Source: Longimicrobiales bacterium (GTDB lineage Bacteria > Gemmatimonadota > Gemmatimonadetes > Longimicrobiales > Gaopeijiaceae). From it: a stretch of 64,000 bases of DNA. Below, in pieces: positions 31,126 to 41,352 of the stretch (the stretch's first letter is position 1; the number at the start of each line of letters is the position of its first letter). The notes under the pieces are model-generated. The model had not been told where the DNA came from, searched no databases, and saw only the letters and a list, made by a program, of their open reading frames with translations. The DNA lies in NCBI GenBank assembly GCA_965116905.1, contig OZ220732.1, forward strand, positions 2,624,001 through 2,688,000. The letters run 5' to 3'. Both the position numbers and the translations under genes were made by a program.

Positions 31126-31677
31126 TTGAAGCGCAAACTGACGATATTGGGCGTCACGCTGCCGACCATCCTCGTCGCCGACATCGTGACCAAGCGGTGG
31201 GCCGTGGCGGCGCTCTCCGATGGCGGCCGCCAGGATTTCCTGGGCGGCTACGTGCCGCTGAACCTGGCGTACAACAAGGGAGCGGCATTCGGAATATCGA
31301 TCGGCAGCGACCCGCGCTGGTTCTTCATCCCCGTCGCGCTCCTCGCCCTCGCCCTGATGGTTGCACTGGTTGTCCAGGCCAAGCCGAACGACAATCTGCG
31401 CATCGTCGCCCTGACGCTCGTGATCTGCGGCGCGCTCGGCAACCTCTACGATCGCGTCCGCTGGGATGGGGGCGTGGTGGACTTCATCGGTCCCATCTCG
31501 CTCGGGTTCATGGACTGGTGGATCTTCAACATCGCCGACATGGCGATCAGCTGCGGGGTGGTTCTCCTCGTGATCTCCTTCTGGCTCGAGGAGCGACAGC
31601 TCAAGCGAGAGGGATCCGAACCGGAAGAGGGATCTGCCGAAGTCGTGCAATCCGGCCCGGAGCCCACCCAGGGCTAG
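31126..31677 (+). CDS. lspA: Lipoprotein signal peptidase
   Basis: NKGAAFG, GALGNLYDR, VVDFI, FNIAD. Confidence 0.95.
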   Translation: MKRKLTILGVTLPTILVADIVTKRWAVAALSDGGRQDFLGGYVPLNLAYNKGAAFGISIGSDPRWFFIPVALLALALMVALVVQAKPNDNLRIVALTLVICGALGNLYDRVRWDGGVVDFIGPISLGFMDWWIFNIADMAISCGVVLLVISFWLEERQLKREGSEPEEGSAEVVQSGPEPTQG

Positions 31678-31696
31678 ATCCAAGGCTGGTCCCCGG

Positions 31697-31780
31697 CTGC
31701 CACGCCCGGGCAGCCACGCCTGGGGCTGCTGCGCCCCCGACTGCCTCCGACCGCGACGCTTCCGGCAGCTACGCCTCCGG
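31697..31780. repeat. Degenerate ~15-bp tandem repeats overlapping the stop of the minus-strand CBS gene
   Basis: ctgccacgcccggg / cagccacgcctgggg / ctgctgcgcccccga / ... / ccgcgacgcttccgg / cagctacgcctccgg. Confidence 0.5.
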
Positions 31781-32989
31781 ATCGAAGACGATGTACTCGA
31801 TCCGGCGTCGCCGCACCTTGGCCACCCTGAGCCGGCCGCCCTCGACGGGAATGTCATCGCCGGCCTTGGCAATGCCCTCGAGGGCACCGAAGACGTAACC
31901 GCCGACGGTGTCGTAGTCCTCGCCGAGGTCGATCCCCAGACGCTCTTCCACGTCCTTTGCCGGTGTGCCCCCGCGAATGACCGTTCTGCCGTCGCCCAGC
32001 TCCTGGAAGTCGATCGGCTCGTGGGTTTCGTGCTCGTCCTGGATTTCGCCGACGATCTCCTCGATCAGATCCTCCAGGGTGACCAGGCCGGCCGTACCCC
32101 CGAATTCGTCCAGGACAATGATCATGTTGGTCCGCTTGGCCCGCATTTCGTGGATCAGTTCCTCGACCGGCTTGGACGCGGGAGCAAACTGCGCGGGACG
32201 CGCCACCCCGCGGATCTCCTTTCCGCCGTCGCGCGCGGCCCGCCACAGGTCCCTGGCCAGGAGGATTCCGACGATCTGGTCGATGTTGCCCTCGTAGACC
32301 GGCAGCCGGAGCTTGCCGTGGTCCAGCATGACGTCCATCGCCTCGCTCACCGACGCCTCGACCGGCACGGCGACGATGTCGATCCGGGGCGTCATGACCT
32401 CGCTCACGTCGATCTCGTCGAGCTGCATGACGTTGGACATGACCTGGAACTCGTCCTCGTCGAGTGCTCCCTCGCGGTGACCCAGTTCCGCGAGGACCTC
32501 GATCTCGGCCCGGCTGATCGTGGCTCCCCGATGCCCCCTCGGCGCAATCCAACGGCTCAGAAGGCTGAGCGGTCCGAGGACCGGCTTCATCACGAACACC
32601 ATCGCGCGCAGCAGGTGTGCGGTGGGGCGGGCCAGCTGATTGCAGAAGGTGGCGCCAAGCGTCTTGGGGATGATCTCCGAGTACACCAGAACCGCGAAGG
32701 TAAGGACGCCCAGGAACACCCCGATCCATACTTCGCCGAAGATCTGGCCGAAGATGGCGCCCGCCCAGCCCGCTCCCACCGTGTGGGCAATGGTGTTGAG
32801 GGTCAGGATCGCCGCGATGGGCTCGTCGATCCGTTCCTTCATCCCGCCCAGGACATCGCCCGCGACCTCGCCTCGCCGCTGCATGAGTGCGACGTACGAG
32901 CGGTTGACCGACAGGAGCACGGCCTCGAGCACGGAACAGAGGAAGGAGATCGACAGCGAAACACCCACCACCGCGAGCAACTTGATCAT
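31769..32989 (-). CDS. Hemolysin/CNNM family protein (DUF21-CBS-CorC)
   Basis: SFLCSVLEAVLLS, ILTLNTIAHT, SEIIPKT, VMTPR, LDEFGGTAGLVTLEDLIEEIVGEI. Confidence 0.92.
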   Translation of the reverse strand: MIKLLAVVGVSLSISFLCSVLEAVLLSVNRSYVALMQRRGEVAGDVLGGMKERIDEPIAAILTLNTIAHTVGAGWAGAIFGQIFGEVWIGVFLGVLTFAVLVYSEIIPKTLGATFCNQLARPTAHLLRAMVFVMKPVLGPLSLLSRWIAPRGHRGATISRAEIEVLAELGHREGALDEDEFQVMSNVMQLDEIDVSEVMTPRIDIVAVPVEASVSEAMDVMLDHGKLRLPVYEGNIDQIVGILLARDLWRAARDGGKEIRGVARPAQFAPASKPVEELIHEMRAKRTNMIIVLDEFGGTAGLVTLEDLIEEIVGEIQDEHETHEPIDFQELGDGRTVIRGGTPAKDVEERLGIDLGEDYDTVGGYVFGALEGIAKAGDDIPVEGGRLRVAKVRRRRIEYIVFDPEA

Positions 32990-33134
32990 GACAGCCGCCC
33001 GCGGGGTCGCTGCGTGCCGCACCGTGTCGCTTTCGGGTGCGCCGGACCCGATGGCCTTGCCCTCATCCGCCGGGCGTCTCTACCGTTCGGCATCGATACA
33101 CACTCCTGACCGTTCCCCTTGATGGAGGACCACG

Positions 33135-34214
33135 TTGGTTCGTGGGCCGCACGCCGCACTCGCTCTGCTGGTTCCATTCCTGCTCGTCCCGCCTGTCGCC
33201 GGCGCCCAGGATCCGCCGACCGCCGACTACTACGTCTATGTGGGCGCCGAATCCGCCGATCTCCTTCACCGCGTGCGCTTCGGTCCGGACGGCGCGTCCC
33301 TGGAACGCACCATCGCCGTGGGCGAAATGGCCACCGAGACCGAGGGCCCGCACGGCCTCAATCTCTCCCCCGACGGACGCTTCCTCTACATGACCACCGG
33401 GCACGGAGTTCCCGACGGGAAACTGTGGAAGTTCCACGCGGGTCCCGACACCCTGGTCGCCGACCCCATCCTTCTCGGCTATTTCCCCGCGACACTCGAC
33501 ATTACGCCCGACGGCCTCTACGCCTTCGTCGCCAACTTCAATCTGCACGGCGAACCGGTGCCCTCGACGATCTCGGTGGTATACGCTCCCGAGATGATGG
33601 AAGTGGAACAGATCGAGACCTGCACCATGCCCCACGGCGCCCGTCTGGACGCGGCCGGGGAGTTTCTGTATTCGGCGTGCATGATGGACAACCAGATCGT
33701 CGAGGTCGACACCCGCACCTTCGCGGTCAGCCGGCGCTTTCACGCCGAGGCGCCGTGCTCTCCGACCTGGGTCGTCCCCACCCGGGATGGCGAATCGCTG
33801 CTCGCGGCGTGCAATCGTGGAGACCGCATCCTCGAGATCGACCGCGAGTCGTGGTCGCTCACGCGAACCTTCGAGACGGGCGCCGGACCCTACAACCTGG
33901 CGCTCACGCCGGACGACCGGATCCTCGTCGCCACGCTGAAGCAGGCCGCGGCCGTCCAGTTCTTCGACCTCGTCGACGGGCGGGAGCTCGGCCGCGCGCC
34001 GTCTTCCACAACCGTGACGCACGGCGTGACCGTGAGTCCCGACGGCCGCTACGCCTTCGTCTCGGTCGAAGGCGTGGGAGCGGAGCCGGGGAAGGTCGAC
34101 GTCTTCGACCTCACCCGCTTCGTGCGGGTGGCCGATCTGGAGGTAGGGCAGCAAGCTGGCGGAATCGTTTTCTGGAGGATGGAAGAAGCGCGGTCGCCAC
34201 CGTCCCTCAGGTAA
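33135..34214 (+). CDS. YncE/YVTN-type beta-propeller secreted protein
   Basis: Signal peptide; repeated PHG...SPDGR/TPDG blades. Confidence 0.8.
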   Translation: MVRGPHAALALLVPFLLVPPVAGAQDPPTADYYVYVGAESADLLHRVRFGPDGASLERTIAVGEMATETEGPHGLNLSPDGRFLYMTTGHGVPDGKLWKFHAGPDTLVADPILLGYFPATLDITPDGLYAFVANFNLHGEPVPSTISVVYAPEMMEVEQIETCTMPHGARLDAAGEFLYSACMMDNQIVEVDTRTFAVSRRFHAEAPCSPTWVVPTRDGESLLAACNRGDRILEIDRESWSLTRTFETGAGPYNLALTPDDRILVATLKQAAAVQFFDLVDGRELGRAPSSTTVTHGVTVSPDGRYAFVSVEGVGAEPGKVDVFDLTRFVRVADLEVGQQAGGIVFWRMEEARSPPSLR

Positions 34215-34770
34215 TCGGAATCGAGAGGTTGTCCTCGTCCCAGGTGAAGTAGTAGGTCCGCTCCCTGCCGCTTCGGGTCTTGAGGTTCACGAGGTTGCGC
34301 TGATCCTCGAACATGTTGAACAGAAGCCTGTTGCGGATGTGCACCCGTTCCACGGAGGCGGGAAGCGCGTACTCGAGCCGGTACCACCACATCACCTCGT
34401 CCAGCCTGGCCGCCTCCTCCACGCCGCGCTCGATCAGCGTGCCCGCCACCGGTGCGCCGTCCGCGCGGAACACCAGCATGTCGTTGATGTACTCCTGTAT
34501 TGTGGCATCGACTTCGGGCGTCTCGGCCAGTTCGAAGTCCATGTCCGACGTGCGTTCCATCACCGCGAACTGAAGGTCGTCCCAAAAGAAGCGGACCCGG
34601 GCCTCGAGGACCGCGTCCGTGACGCGCACGTCCGCAACCGAGAGTCGGAAAGGATGGGGCGCATCGGATGCTCCCGGAATCGTCCAGGCGGCCGCGGCCA
34701 GCGCCGGCAGACCGGCAAGACACGTCCGGAGGCCGGTCGACAAGACGGAGGCTGGGCGATTTCGGTACAT
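34207..34770 (-). CDS. Secreted DUF6702-like hypothetical protein
   Basis: Signal peptide then HPFRLSVADV...RFFWDDL...NRLLFNMFEDQRNLV. Confidence 0.65.
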   Translation of the reverse strand: MYRNRPASVLSTGLRTCLAGLPALAAAAWTIPGASDAPHPFRLSVADVRVTDAVLEARVRFFWDDLQFAVMERTSDMDFELAETPEVDATIQEYINDMLVFRADGAPVAGTLIERGVEEAARLDEVMWWYRLEYALPASVERVHIRNRLLFNMFEDQRNLVNLKTRSGRERTYYFTWDEDNLSIPIT

Positions 34771-34804
34771 TCCTAGGGGTCCGTGGTGACTCCCGGCACA
34801 GGAA

Positions 34805-35446
34805 ATGAGGAGCCGAGAAAGCAACCAGGGGGATCGTCTGACAAATCTACGAAAAACGGGTCGGGCCCGCTCGTACCTGAGGGGAGGGACGGCGGCTGTG
34901 GTCGCGGTCGCCGCGCTGACTGCCGCCGCCGCGCTGACCGCCGCCGCCACGGCCCCCGCTGCCGCGCAGCTGAGCGTGAGGGCCGGCGGCCACGCCCTGT
35001 ACCAGTCGCAGATCTTTGGCGGCACGTTCGGCTACGGCGGCCGGGCGGAAGTCGAACTCGGATTCATTCGCAGCGGGTTGACGGTCGTCGGCATCTACGA
35101 CCACCTGCTCCCGGACTGCGACGGTTGCTCCTACCGGGGATTCGGCGGACAGGTGCTTCTGGCTTCACAGAGCGCCATCTACGTCGGCGTGGGGGCCTCG
35201 CATCAGCAGTTCAGACGCCCGGCGGGCAGACCCGATCGAGCTTCCGGGGAGACGGATCCCCTCGACGACGACTGGGTGTTCAGCATGGTGGCCGGCGTGC
35301 GCCTTCCGGTGCTGCCGGTGATCGTTCCCTATATCGAACTCCGCCAGGAAGTCGGGTCGGACCTGAACAAGCAGATCTTCGCGGTGGGCTTTCTGCTCAG
35401 CCCGTCGCGCGCCCGCACGGCACCCCGGGCACCGGGCCGCGGATGA
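34805..35446 (+). CDS. Hypothetical exported/outer-membrane beta-strand protein
   Basis: Ala-rich signal (AAAQ), amphipathic strands; ATGA overlap with mlaE. Confidence 0.55.
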   Translation: MRSRESNQGDRLTNLRKTGRARSYLRGGTAAVVAVAALTAAAALTAAATAPAAAQLSVRAGGHALYQSQIFGGTFGYGGRAEVELGFIRSGLTVVGIYDHLLPDCDGCSYRGFGGQVLLASQSAIYVGVGASHQQFRRPAGRPDRASGETDPLDDDWVFSMVAGVRLPVLPVIVPYIELRQEVGSDLNKQIFAVGFLLSPSRARTAPRAPGRG

Positions 35447-36234
35447 GACAAGCCGCTTTCTACGAGCGGCCCGTCAGGGCGTTGGGGCGGTGGTGGGAGG
35501 ACTGGGCGGAACACGCCGGACAGCTCGGTCTGCTCGTCTGGTCCACCGTCGTGGCCGCGGCCCGGCTGCGGGTTTCGTCCCGGGAGTTCGTGCGGCAGCT
35601 GTACGTGATGGGTGTCCAGAGCATCCCCATCGTGGCGGTCACCTCGATCCTCACGGGCATCGTGACTTCGCAGCAGGGGGGGTACCAGTTCACGGCGACG
35701 ATCCCCCTGTACGTGCTCGGCAGCGTGACCGTGACCAGCGTGGTGCTCGAACTCGCCCCGGTCCTTACGGCCGTCGTCCTGGTCGGGCGGGTAGGGGCCC
35801 GGATCACGGCCGAACTGGGCACGATGGTCGTGTCGGAACAGATCGACGCGTACCGCTCCCTGGGCCGCGATCCGGTGATCATGCTTGCGGCCCCGCGCAT
35901 CCTGGCCGGACTCATCGTGATGCCGCTCCTGGTGGGGCTGTCCAACATCATCGGGATCTTCTCGGGGATGGTGGCCGCCCAGCTGTCCCTCGGACTCAGC
36001 TTCGAGACCTTCCTGTACGGCGCCCGCCTGTTCTGGCACTCCTGGGACCTCTTCTACTCGTTCATGAAGGCGGTCGCCTTCGGCTTCGCGATTCCCGTGA
36101 TCGCGATCCACATGGGCTTCCGCACCTCCGGCGGGGCCGAGGGGGTCGGCCGCACCACCACCGCCTCGGTGATGTTCCAGACGCTGACCGTGCTGATCCT
36201 GGACGCACTGTTCCCGCCGCTGTTCCTCCAGTGA
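35443..36234 (+). CDS. mlaE: MlaE-family ABC permease
   Basis: GVQSIPIV, ELAPVLTAVVLVGRVGA.ITAELGTM..SEQIDA, GGAEGVG. Confidence 0.92.
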   Translation: MRQAAFYERPVRALGRWWEDWAEHAGQLGLLVWSTVVAAARLRVSSREFVRQLYVMGVQSIPIVAVTSILTGIVTSQQGGYQFTATIPLYVLGSVTVTSVVLELAPVLTAVVLVGRVGARITAELGTMVVSEQIDAYRSLGRDPVIMLAAPRILAGLIVMPLLVGLSNIIGIFSGMVAAQLSLGLSFETFLYGARLFWHSWDLFYSFMKAVAFGFAIPVIAIHMGFRTSGGAEGVGRTTTASVMFQTLTVLILDALFPPLFLQ

Positions 36235-36250
36235 TCCCCTGCACGCACCC

Positions 36251-37033
36251 ATGACCGCCGCCCCCGTCATTCGCTACCGCAACACGCACAAGGCGTTCAA
36301 CCACCCGGTGTTGTCGGGTGTCGATCTCGACATCCACGAGGGGGAGATGTTCGCCCTGTTCGGCCCGTCGGGCACGGGCAAGAGCGTGCTGCTGAAGACC
36401 ACGATCGGGCTGGTGGTCCCCGACCGCGGCGACGTCGAGGTGGGTGGCCGCTCCGTCTACTTCGGAGGCGACGGGGCCAAGGAAGCCGTGCGCCAGCAGG
36501 TCGGATACGTGTTCCAGCACGCAGCGCTCTTCGACTCGCTGAACGTGTACGGCAACGTCGAGATGGGGCTGCCCGCGGACCGGCTTAGGCGCATGAGCCG
36601 CGCGGAGGCCGCCAGAGCGATCTGGAGGGCGCTGGAACTGGTCAACCTCGATCCGGCCGCCGTTCTGCCCATCCTGCCCGCCGAGCTGTCTGGAGGGATG
36701 AAGAAGCGCGTGGGTATCGCGCGCGCCATCGTGGGGCGCCCCGCGATTCTTCTGTGGGACGAGCCCACCACGGGCCTCGATCCCGTGAACACGGCGGCGG
36801 TGGAGCGGTTGATCAAGCGGCTTTCGGAAGAGTTGAGGGTGACTTCGGTGCTGGTCACCCACGACGTGGAGGGTGCGCTGTGGATGTGTGACCGTGTCGC
36901 GATGCTGGAGGGGGGAGTCATCCGGTTCTGCGGCACCCCGGAGGAATTCCGGATCAGTTCCGATCCCGTAGTCAAGGCTTTCGTTGACCGGGCGGCCGCC
37001 GAAGCCGCCCTGGATGTCGTGGAGATGTCATGA
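36251..37033 (+). CDS. mlaF: MlaF-family ABC ATPase
   Basis: GPSGTGKS, VFQHAALFDSL, LSGGMKKRVGIARA, DEPTTGLDP. Confidence 0.92.
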   Translation: MTAAPVIRYRNTHKAFNHPVLSGVDLDIHEGEMFALFGPSGTGKSVLLKTTIGLVVPDRGDVEVGGRSVYFGGDGAKEAVRQQVGYVFQHAALFDSLNVYGNVEMGLPADRLRRMSRAEAARAIWRALELVNLDPAAVLPILPAELSGGMKKRVGIARAIVGRPAILLWDEPTTGLDPVNTAAVERLIKRLSEELRVTSVLVTHDVEGALWMCDRVAMLEGGVIRFCGTPEEFRISSDPVVKAFVDRAAAEAALDVVEMS

Positions 37034-37977
37034 GCAATACGGAAACCAGCCGCAGGGAGCGTCTCTCCGACGCCGAGGTGCTGCGGGCCGTTCCTCCCAC
37101 TGCGGGCGCACGCCAGTTTCGCGTGGGAATCTTCGTCATACTGGGCATTGTCGCGTTCTTCACGGTGCTCTTCCTGATGACCAGTCCCGGTACCTTCCGG
37201 GGACGGTACATGGTCACGACGCACGTCGGGGACGCACAGGGAATCCGCAGGGGCGACCCGGTCAGGATGCGCGGGATCAACATCGGCCGGGTGCACGCAT
37301 TCGAACTGACGTCCGAGGGTGGAGTGGTCATCACCCTCGAAGTGGAGGGCGAATGGCCGATCCCCACGGGGTCGCGCACGGAACTGCTCTCGCTGGGCTT
37401 CCTGGGCGGCATGGTCGTGTCCGTGGTTCCCGGCGACGGAGATGGCTTCATCGAGCCCTGGACCAGGATTCCCGGATCGGGTGGGGCGGGGGTGCTCGAA
37501 ACGGTGGACGACCTTGCGGTCGAAGCGGAGGACGTGCTGACGAGGATCCAGGACGTCCTGTCCGACTCGACGATTGCCGGCACCGGCGAGGTGATCGTGC
37601 AGCTGCGGGACCTGCTGGGCGAGTTCGGTGAGATCATCGAGGATCAGGCCACCGAGGTGCAGTCGCTCACGGAGACCATGAGGCGGGCCGCGGAGAACGT
37701 CGAGGAGCTGTCCGGGGCCGAGGAATGGAGGCGCGCGCTGGCATCGGCCGAGGCCACGCTCGCGACCGTCGAGCGTACGTCCGGCGCGATCGACACGGGC
37801 GTGGCTTCGCTGAACGTCATCCTCGGGCGCATCGAGCGCGGCGAGGGGACGCTGGGCAGGCTCTCGGTCGACGACTCCCTCTACGAGTCGCTCAACGAGG
37901 CGGCCGTGAGCCTCGAGGCGCTCCTGGCCGACATCAAGGAGAACCCCGACCGCTACGTGAGGATCGAGATCTTCTGA
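37030..37977 (+). CDS. mlaD: MlaD/MCE family protein
   Basis: N-terminal TM, GIRRGDPVRMRGINIGRV, helical tail GEGTLGRL...DIKENPDRY. Confidence 0.9.
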   Translation: MSNTETSRRERLSDAEVLRAVPPTAGARQFRVGIFVILGIVAFFTVLFLMTSPGTFRGRYMVTTHVGDAQGIRRGDPVRMRGINIGRVHAFELTSEGGVVITLEVEGEWPIPTGSRTELLSLGFLGGMVVSVVPGDGDGFIEPWTRIPGSGGAGVLETVDDLAVEAEDVLTRIQDVLSDSTIAGTGEVIVQLRDLLGEFGEIIEDQATEVQSLTETMRRAAENVEELSGAEEWRRALASAEATLATVERTSGAIDTGVASLNVILGRIERGEGTLGRLSVDDSLYESLNEAAVSLEALLADIKENPDRYVRIEIF

Positions 37978-38014
37978 CGCGCCGTCCGGCAGCTCCCGTT
38001 TGCCGCCACTGCCG

Positions 38015-41000
38015 TCACCAGCCCGGAGCGACCACGAAGCCCGCGTGCCAGCCCTTCTCGGGCCGCTGCCAGGGGTACGCGTAGTACGCTTCCAGGATCA
38101 GGAATCCGAGCAGGTTCATGCGGGCCGATACTCCGCTCGAGGCCAGCGGGATCCGGTCCGCCGAGTGCCGCGACCACGTCAACGTCCCCGGCCGCTCCGA
38201 GTCCCACGCGAACCCGACATCGGTGAACAGCGTGAACTCGAGGGGAATGTACGGGAAGTTGATCAGCCCGAACTCCTCGATTCCCGTGAACGGGAGCCGC
38301 AGTTCGATGTTGACCACGCCCAGGCGGTGACCGAACAGGCGGTCGAGTTCGGGACAGCTCGAGCCGCTGAGGCTGATCGTGCACTCCTGGTTCTGGTTGA
38401 AGGACTCGTAGGAGTACCCGCGGATCATGTGCTCGTAGCCCAGGAAGTACGTGCCCAGCTGCTGCTCGTCGAGCGCGCGCAGGTTGCCGTAGCGGCCCAG
38501 GTGCATGCCCCGGAGCGCCAGCGTGACCGGCCCGCCGTTGTTGAAATAGCGGCGGTAGTCCAGCGTGATGTTCTGGAAATCGACGGTACCGTACAGCGCC
38601 TGCGCGCCGACCCGGAACCGCCCGCCTCGAACCGGGCTCGTGAATCCCGAATAGTGGTTGTCGCCCACGAAAGCCAGCGACACGGAGGCCAGGTTGAGCG
38701 CGTCGCGGGACGGCAGGCCCTCGCGCTCGTAGCCGATGACGCGCTGGAAGATATCCGTGTGGAACGTCTCCCGCTCAAGGTCGAAGCTGTAGCGGGTCAG
38801 GCCGAGCCCGCCCTCGAGCCGCCGCGTGGCCGACAGGGGGTACTGGAGCAGCCCCTCCGCCGAATCGATGAAGATGCGCTCCCTGATGACCTGGAAGTTG
38901 CCTCGTCCGAACGAGAAGAACTGGCGCATGTACGGCTGGTGCTGGATCCCGCCGCCCCAGTTCCAGCGCCGTTTCTCGTTCAGGTAGAAGACGTTCGCGC
39001 CGATGTCCTTGATCGTGCCGTTGGCGAGCAGGCTCGTGAAGACCCTCTGGTCTCCCAGCATGTCGCTGAAGTAGGCCGACGTCGCGCCGCCGATGTACGA
39101 GCCGTAGGTGTCGGCTCCGACACCGACGCTCGGCTGGCCGATGTAGTCGAGCTGCAGGGAGGGCCGGTAGGGTTCGGACTGGTCGGAGGTGTAGATCTCG
39201 TCCGAAACGAGTCCGGTGTAGGGGTCGTCCAGGTACCTGGCGATCCGGCTCCCGATGGCCGGGAGGCCGGGCGGGAGCATGCGTCCGGGGTGAGGAGCGG
39301 CGTCCGCGACGACGTCCACGTAGGTCGACATCTCGTCGGGCCGGCCCGTGTTGACGATGTAGCCGCGCTCGTGGAACACCGAAAAGGCGAGCAGGTCGGT
39401 GTCCGGCGAATAGGTGAACGCCGGCGATTGCGCCGTGATTCCGCTCACGCCGGTGACCGCATGCGTGATGCGGCGCATTTCGCCGTCCGCGAGGCTCAGG
39501 TGATAGATGTCGGAAAAGCCGTCCGGGTCCGAGACGAAGAAGATGCCGTCGCCGGTCCGGTCATAGATGGGATTGATGTGCTTCGCCCCGGGGAAGGGGA
39601 TGCGCGTGCCGACCGCGAGCGTTTCCACGTCCAGGAAGGACAGGACGTAGTTGCCGAAGGTCAGCGTGCCGAAATCGGTCTCCGGGCCGCGGTCGGAGGT
39701 GAAGGCGAGCGTGCGGCCATCGGGCGACCACGCGGCGTGAAGGTCCGCGTGTTTGTCATTCGTGAGCTGGCGAACGCTGCCGGTCTCGAGGTCGTAGAGA
39801 TAGAGGTCGGTGATCCCGCCCTTCAGCCCCGAGAACGCGATCCTGCGGCCGTCCGGGGACCATGCCGGATTCTGGATCGCCCCCAGTCCCTCGATCTCGA
39901 TCCGCTCCTCGATGTCCCCGCTCTGCACATCGAGGATGGCCAACTGGTTGTTGCCGTTGGCGAGGATCACGAACGCCAGGTTGCGTCCGTCCGGCGACCA
40001 TGATCCGCTCGTGTCGATGTAGCGGATCCCGTCGATGTACGGGGCCTCGTTGCGCTGCAGCGGACGGAGGATCTCCCCCGTGTAGACGTCGGCGAGGAAC
40101 AGGTCCATCGAAAAGAGATCCCGCTCCGACTGGAAGACGATGTACCGGCCGTCGGGACTCAGCGACGGGGCGACGTTGGTCCGGCCGGCTCCGCACTCCA
40201 CGCACAGGAGAACGTCCCCGGTCTCGTAGGGATCGGTCTTGCCCGCCATCAGCGGCCTGTACTCGGCTTCGATCGCATCCCACCACTGCATCGCTAGCGT
40301 ATCGCTGGACATGGCGAAGACCTGCTCGATCGCCGGCTCCCATCCGCTGCGGAGCGCGGTGCGAAAGAGGTCCTGGACGGCATCGTCGCCGTAGGTTCCG
40401 CCCAGGTACGAGATCAGGCCCTGGCCGAATCGGTACGCGAAGTATTTCGGATTGCGCGTGATCTCCCTGAGCGTCGGCTTGTCGTCCCGCAGTATGTGGT
40501 CGCGAAGCCACATGGCCGTGTGCGGATGCTCGCGGCCCATCGAGAGGTATTCGGCCATTCCCTCCACGACCCACAGCGGCATCTGCGCCAGCCTCATGAT
40601 GCCGCCGCCCGTACGGCTCTGGGCGATGTTGTACTGGAATGCGTGCACCAGCTCATGACCCAGGATGCGGTCGGTGTCGCCGTAGGACGCCGTCAGCGGC
40701 ATGATCACGCGGTTCTTGAGCGACTCGGTCACACCGCCGGTTCCCTGTCCGATGGCGCCCCCGAGCGTGTTGGTCTGTTGGAAGTCCGGGTGATCGGCGT
40801 AGATGATCAGCGGCTTGCGGGTGTCGAATTCATGCTGGAAGACGCGGGAGAAGCGCTCGTACCACCGTTCGGCCATGCGGGCGATGTCCTCGATCGGATC
40901 CGACGCTTCCGCGTAGTAGTAGATGTCCCAGTTCTGCGTGGTCAGCTTGCGGAAGTCGCGCTGCTCGTACTGCACCTTGTTGCGCCCGAAGTACTGCGCC

Positions 41001-41173
41001 GACAAGGGCACGGGCGCCGCGACGAGTGCGATTGCCAGCGCCCAGAGGCAGCGGGGACTCCACTTCCGAATGCCGGCAGCGCCGGTCCTGATACCGGAAC
41101 GTCCGGTCGAAAAACGGGTCGCGGCGTGCCCGAGGGGGGCCAAGTGCCCAGGTGGTGGTGTCGTCGGTGTCAT
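38015..41173 (-). CDS. Zinc metallopeptidase-like domain + TolB/PD40 beta-propeller + Omp85-type barrel protein
   Basis: AQYFGRNKVQY, HELVHAFQY, WVVEGMAEY; SPDG/WSPDG repeats; DYRRYF, IRGY, NIELRLP, C-terminal W. Confidence 0.8.
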   Translation of the reverse strand: MTPTTPPPGHLAPLGHAATRFSTGRSGIRTGAAGIRKWSPRCLWALAIALVAAPVPLSAQYFGRNKVQYEQRDFRKLTTQNWDIYYYAEASDPIEDIARMAERWYERFSRVFQHEFDTRKPLIIYADHPDFQQTNTLGGAIGQGTGGVTESLKNRVIMPLTASYGDTDRILGHELVHAFQYNIAQSRTGGGIMRLAQMPLWVVEGMAEYLSMGREHPHTAMWLRDHILRDDKPTLREITRNPKYFAYRFGQGLISYLGGTYGDDAVQDLFRTALRSGWEPAIEQVFAMSSDTLAMQWWDAIEAEYRPLMAGKTDPYETGDVLLCVECGAGRTNVAPSLSPDGRYIVFQSERDLFSMDLFLADVYTGEILRPLQRNEAPYIDGIRYIDTSGSWSPDGRNLAFVILANGNNQLAILDVQSGDIEERIEIEGLGAIQNPAWSPDGRRIAFSGLKGGITDLYLYDLETGSVRQLTNDKHADLHAAWSPDGRTLAFTSDRGPETDFGTLTFGNYVLSFLDVETLAVGTRIPFPGAKHINPIYDRTGDGIFFVSDPDGFSDIYHLSLADGEMRRITHAVTGVSGITAQSPAFTYSPDTDLLAFSVFHERGYIVNTGRPDEMSTYVDVVADAAPHPGRMLPPGLPAIGSRIARYLDDPYTGLVSDEIYTSDQSEPYRPSLQLDYIGQPSVGVGADTYGSYIGGATSAYFSDMLGDQRVFTSLLANGTIKDIGANVFYLNEKRRWNWGGGIQHQPYMRQFFSFGRGNFQVIRERIFIDSAEGLLQYPLSATRRLEGGLGLTRYSFDLERETFHTDIFQRVIGYEREGLPSRDALNLASVSLAFVGDNHYSGFTSPVRGGRFRVGAQALYGTVDFQNITLDYRRYFNNGGPVTLALRGMHLGRYGNLRALDEQQLGTYFLGYEHMIRGYSYESFNQNQECTISLSGSSCPELDRLFGHRLGVVNIELRLPFTGIEEFGLINFPYIPLEFTLFTDVGFAWDSERPGTLTWSRHSADRIPLASSGVSARMNLLGFLILEAYYAYPWQRPEKGWHAGFVVAPGW

Positions 41174-41352
41174 GCCCGGCCTCTTCCCTTTTGACGCTTG
41201 CGAGCAAGCGAGTGTTCGTTCGGTCCGAGGACCGGCGGCGGAGACGGAGTGTTACCGCAGGCCTCCCACCGGTCCATCACACGTACTACCCTACGTGTGC
41301 GCTGGAGGTCCTTACATACTCGACAACCACACAATACGTCGACGGCAGCCCG

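Noticed and set aside
31050..31130. tRNA gene or integrated island at the tmRNA 3' end
   Set aside because: The T-arm belongs to tmRNA; lspA follows directly, with no integrase and no duplicated 3' end seen.
41195..41210. Inverted repeat cgcttgc-ga-gcaagcg in a divergent intergenic region
   Set aside because: Single short instance with no matching known operator; could be chance.
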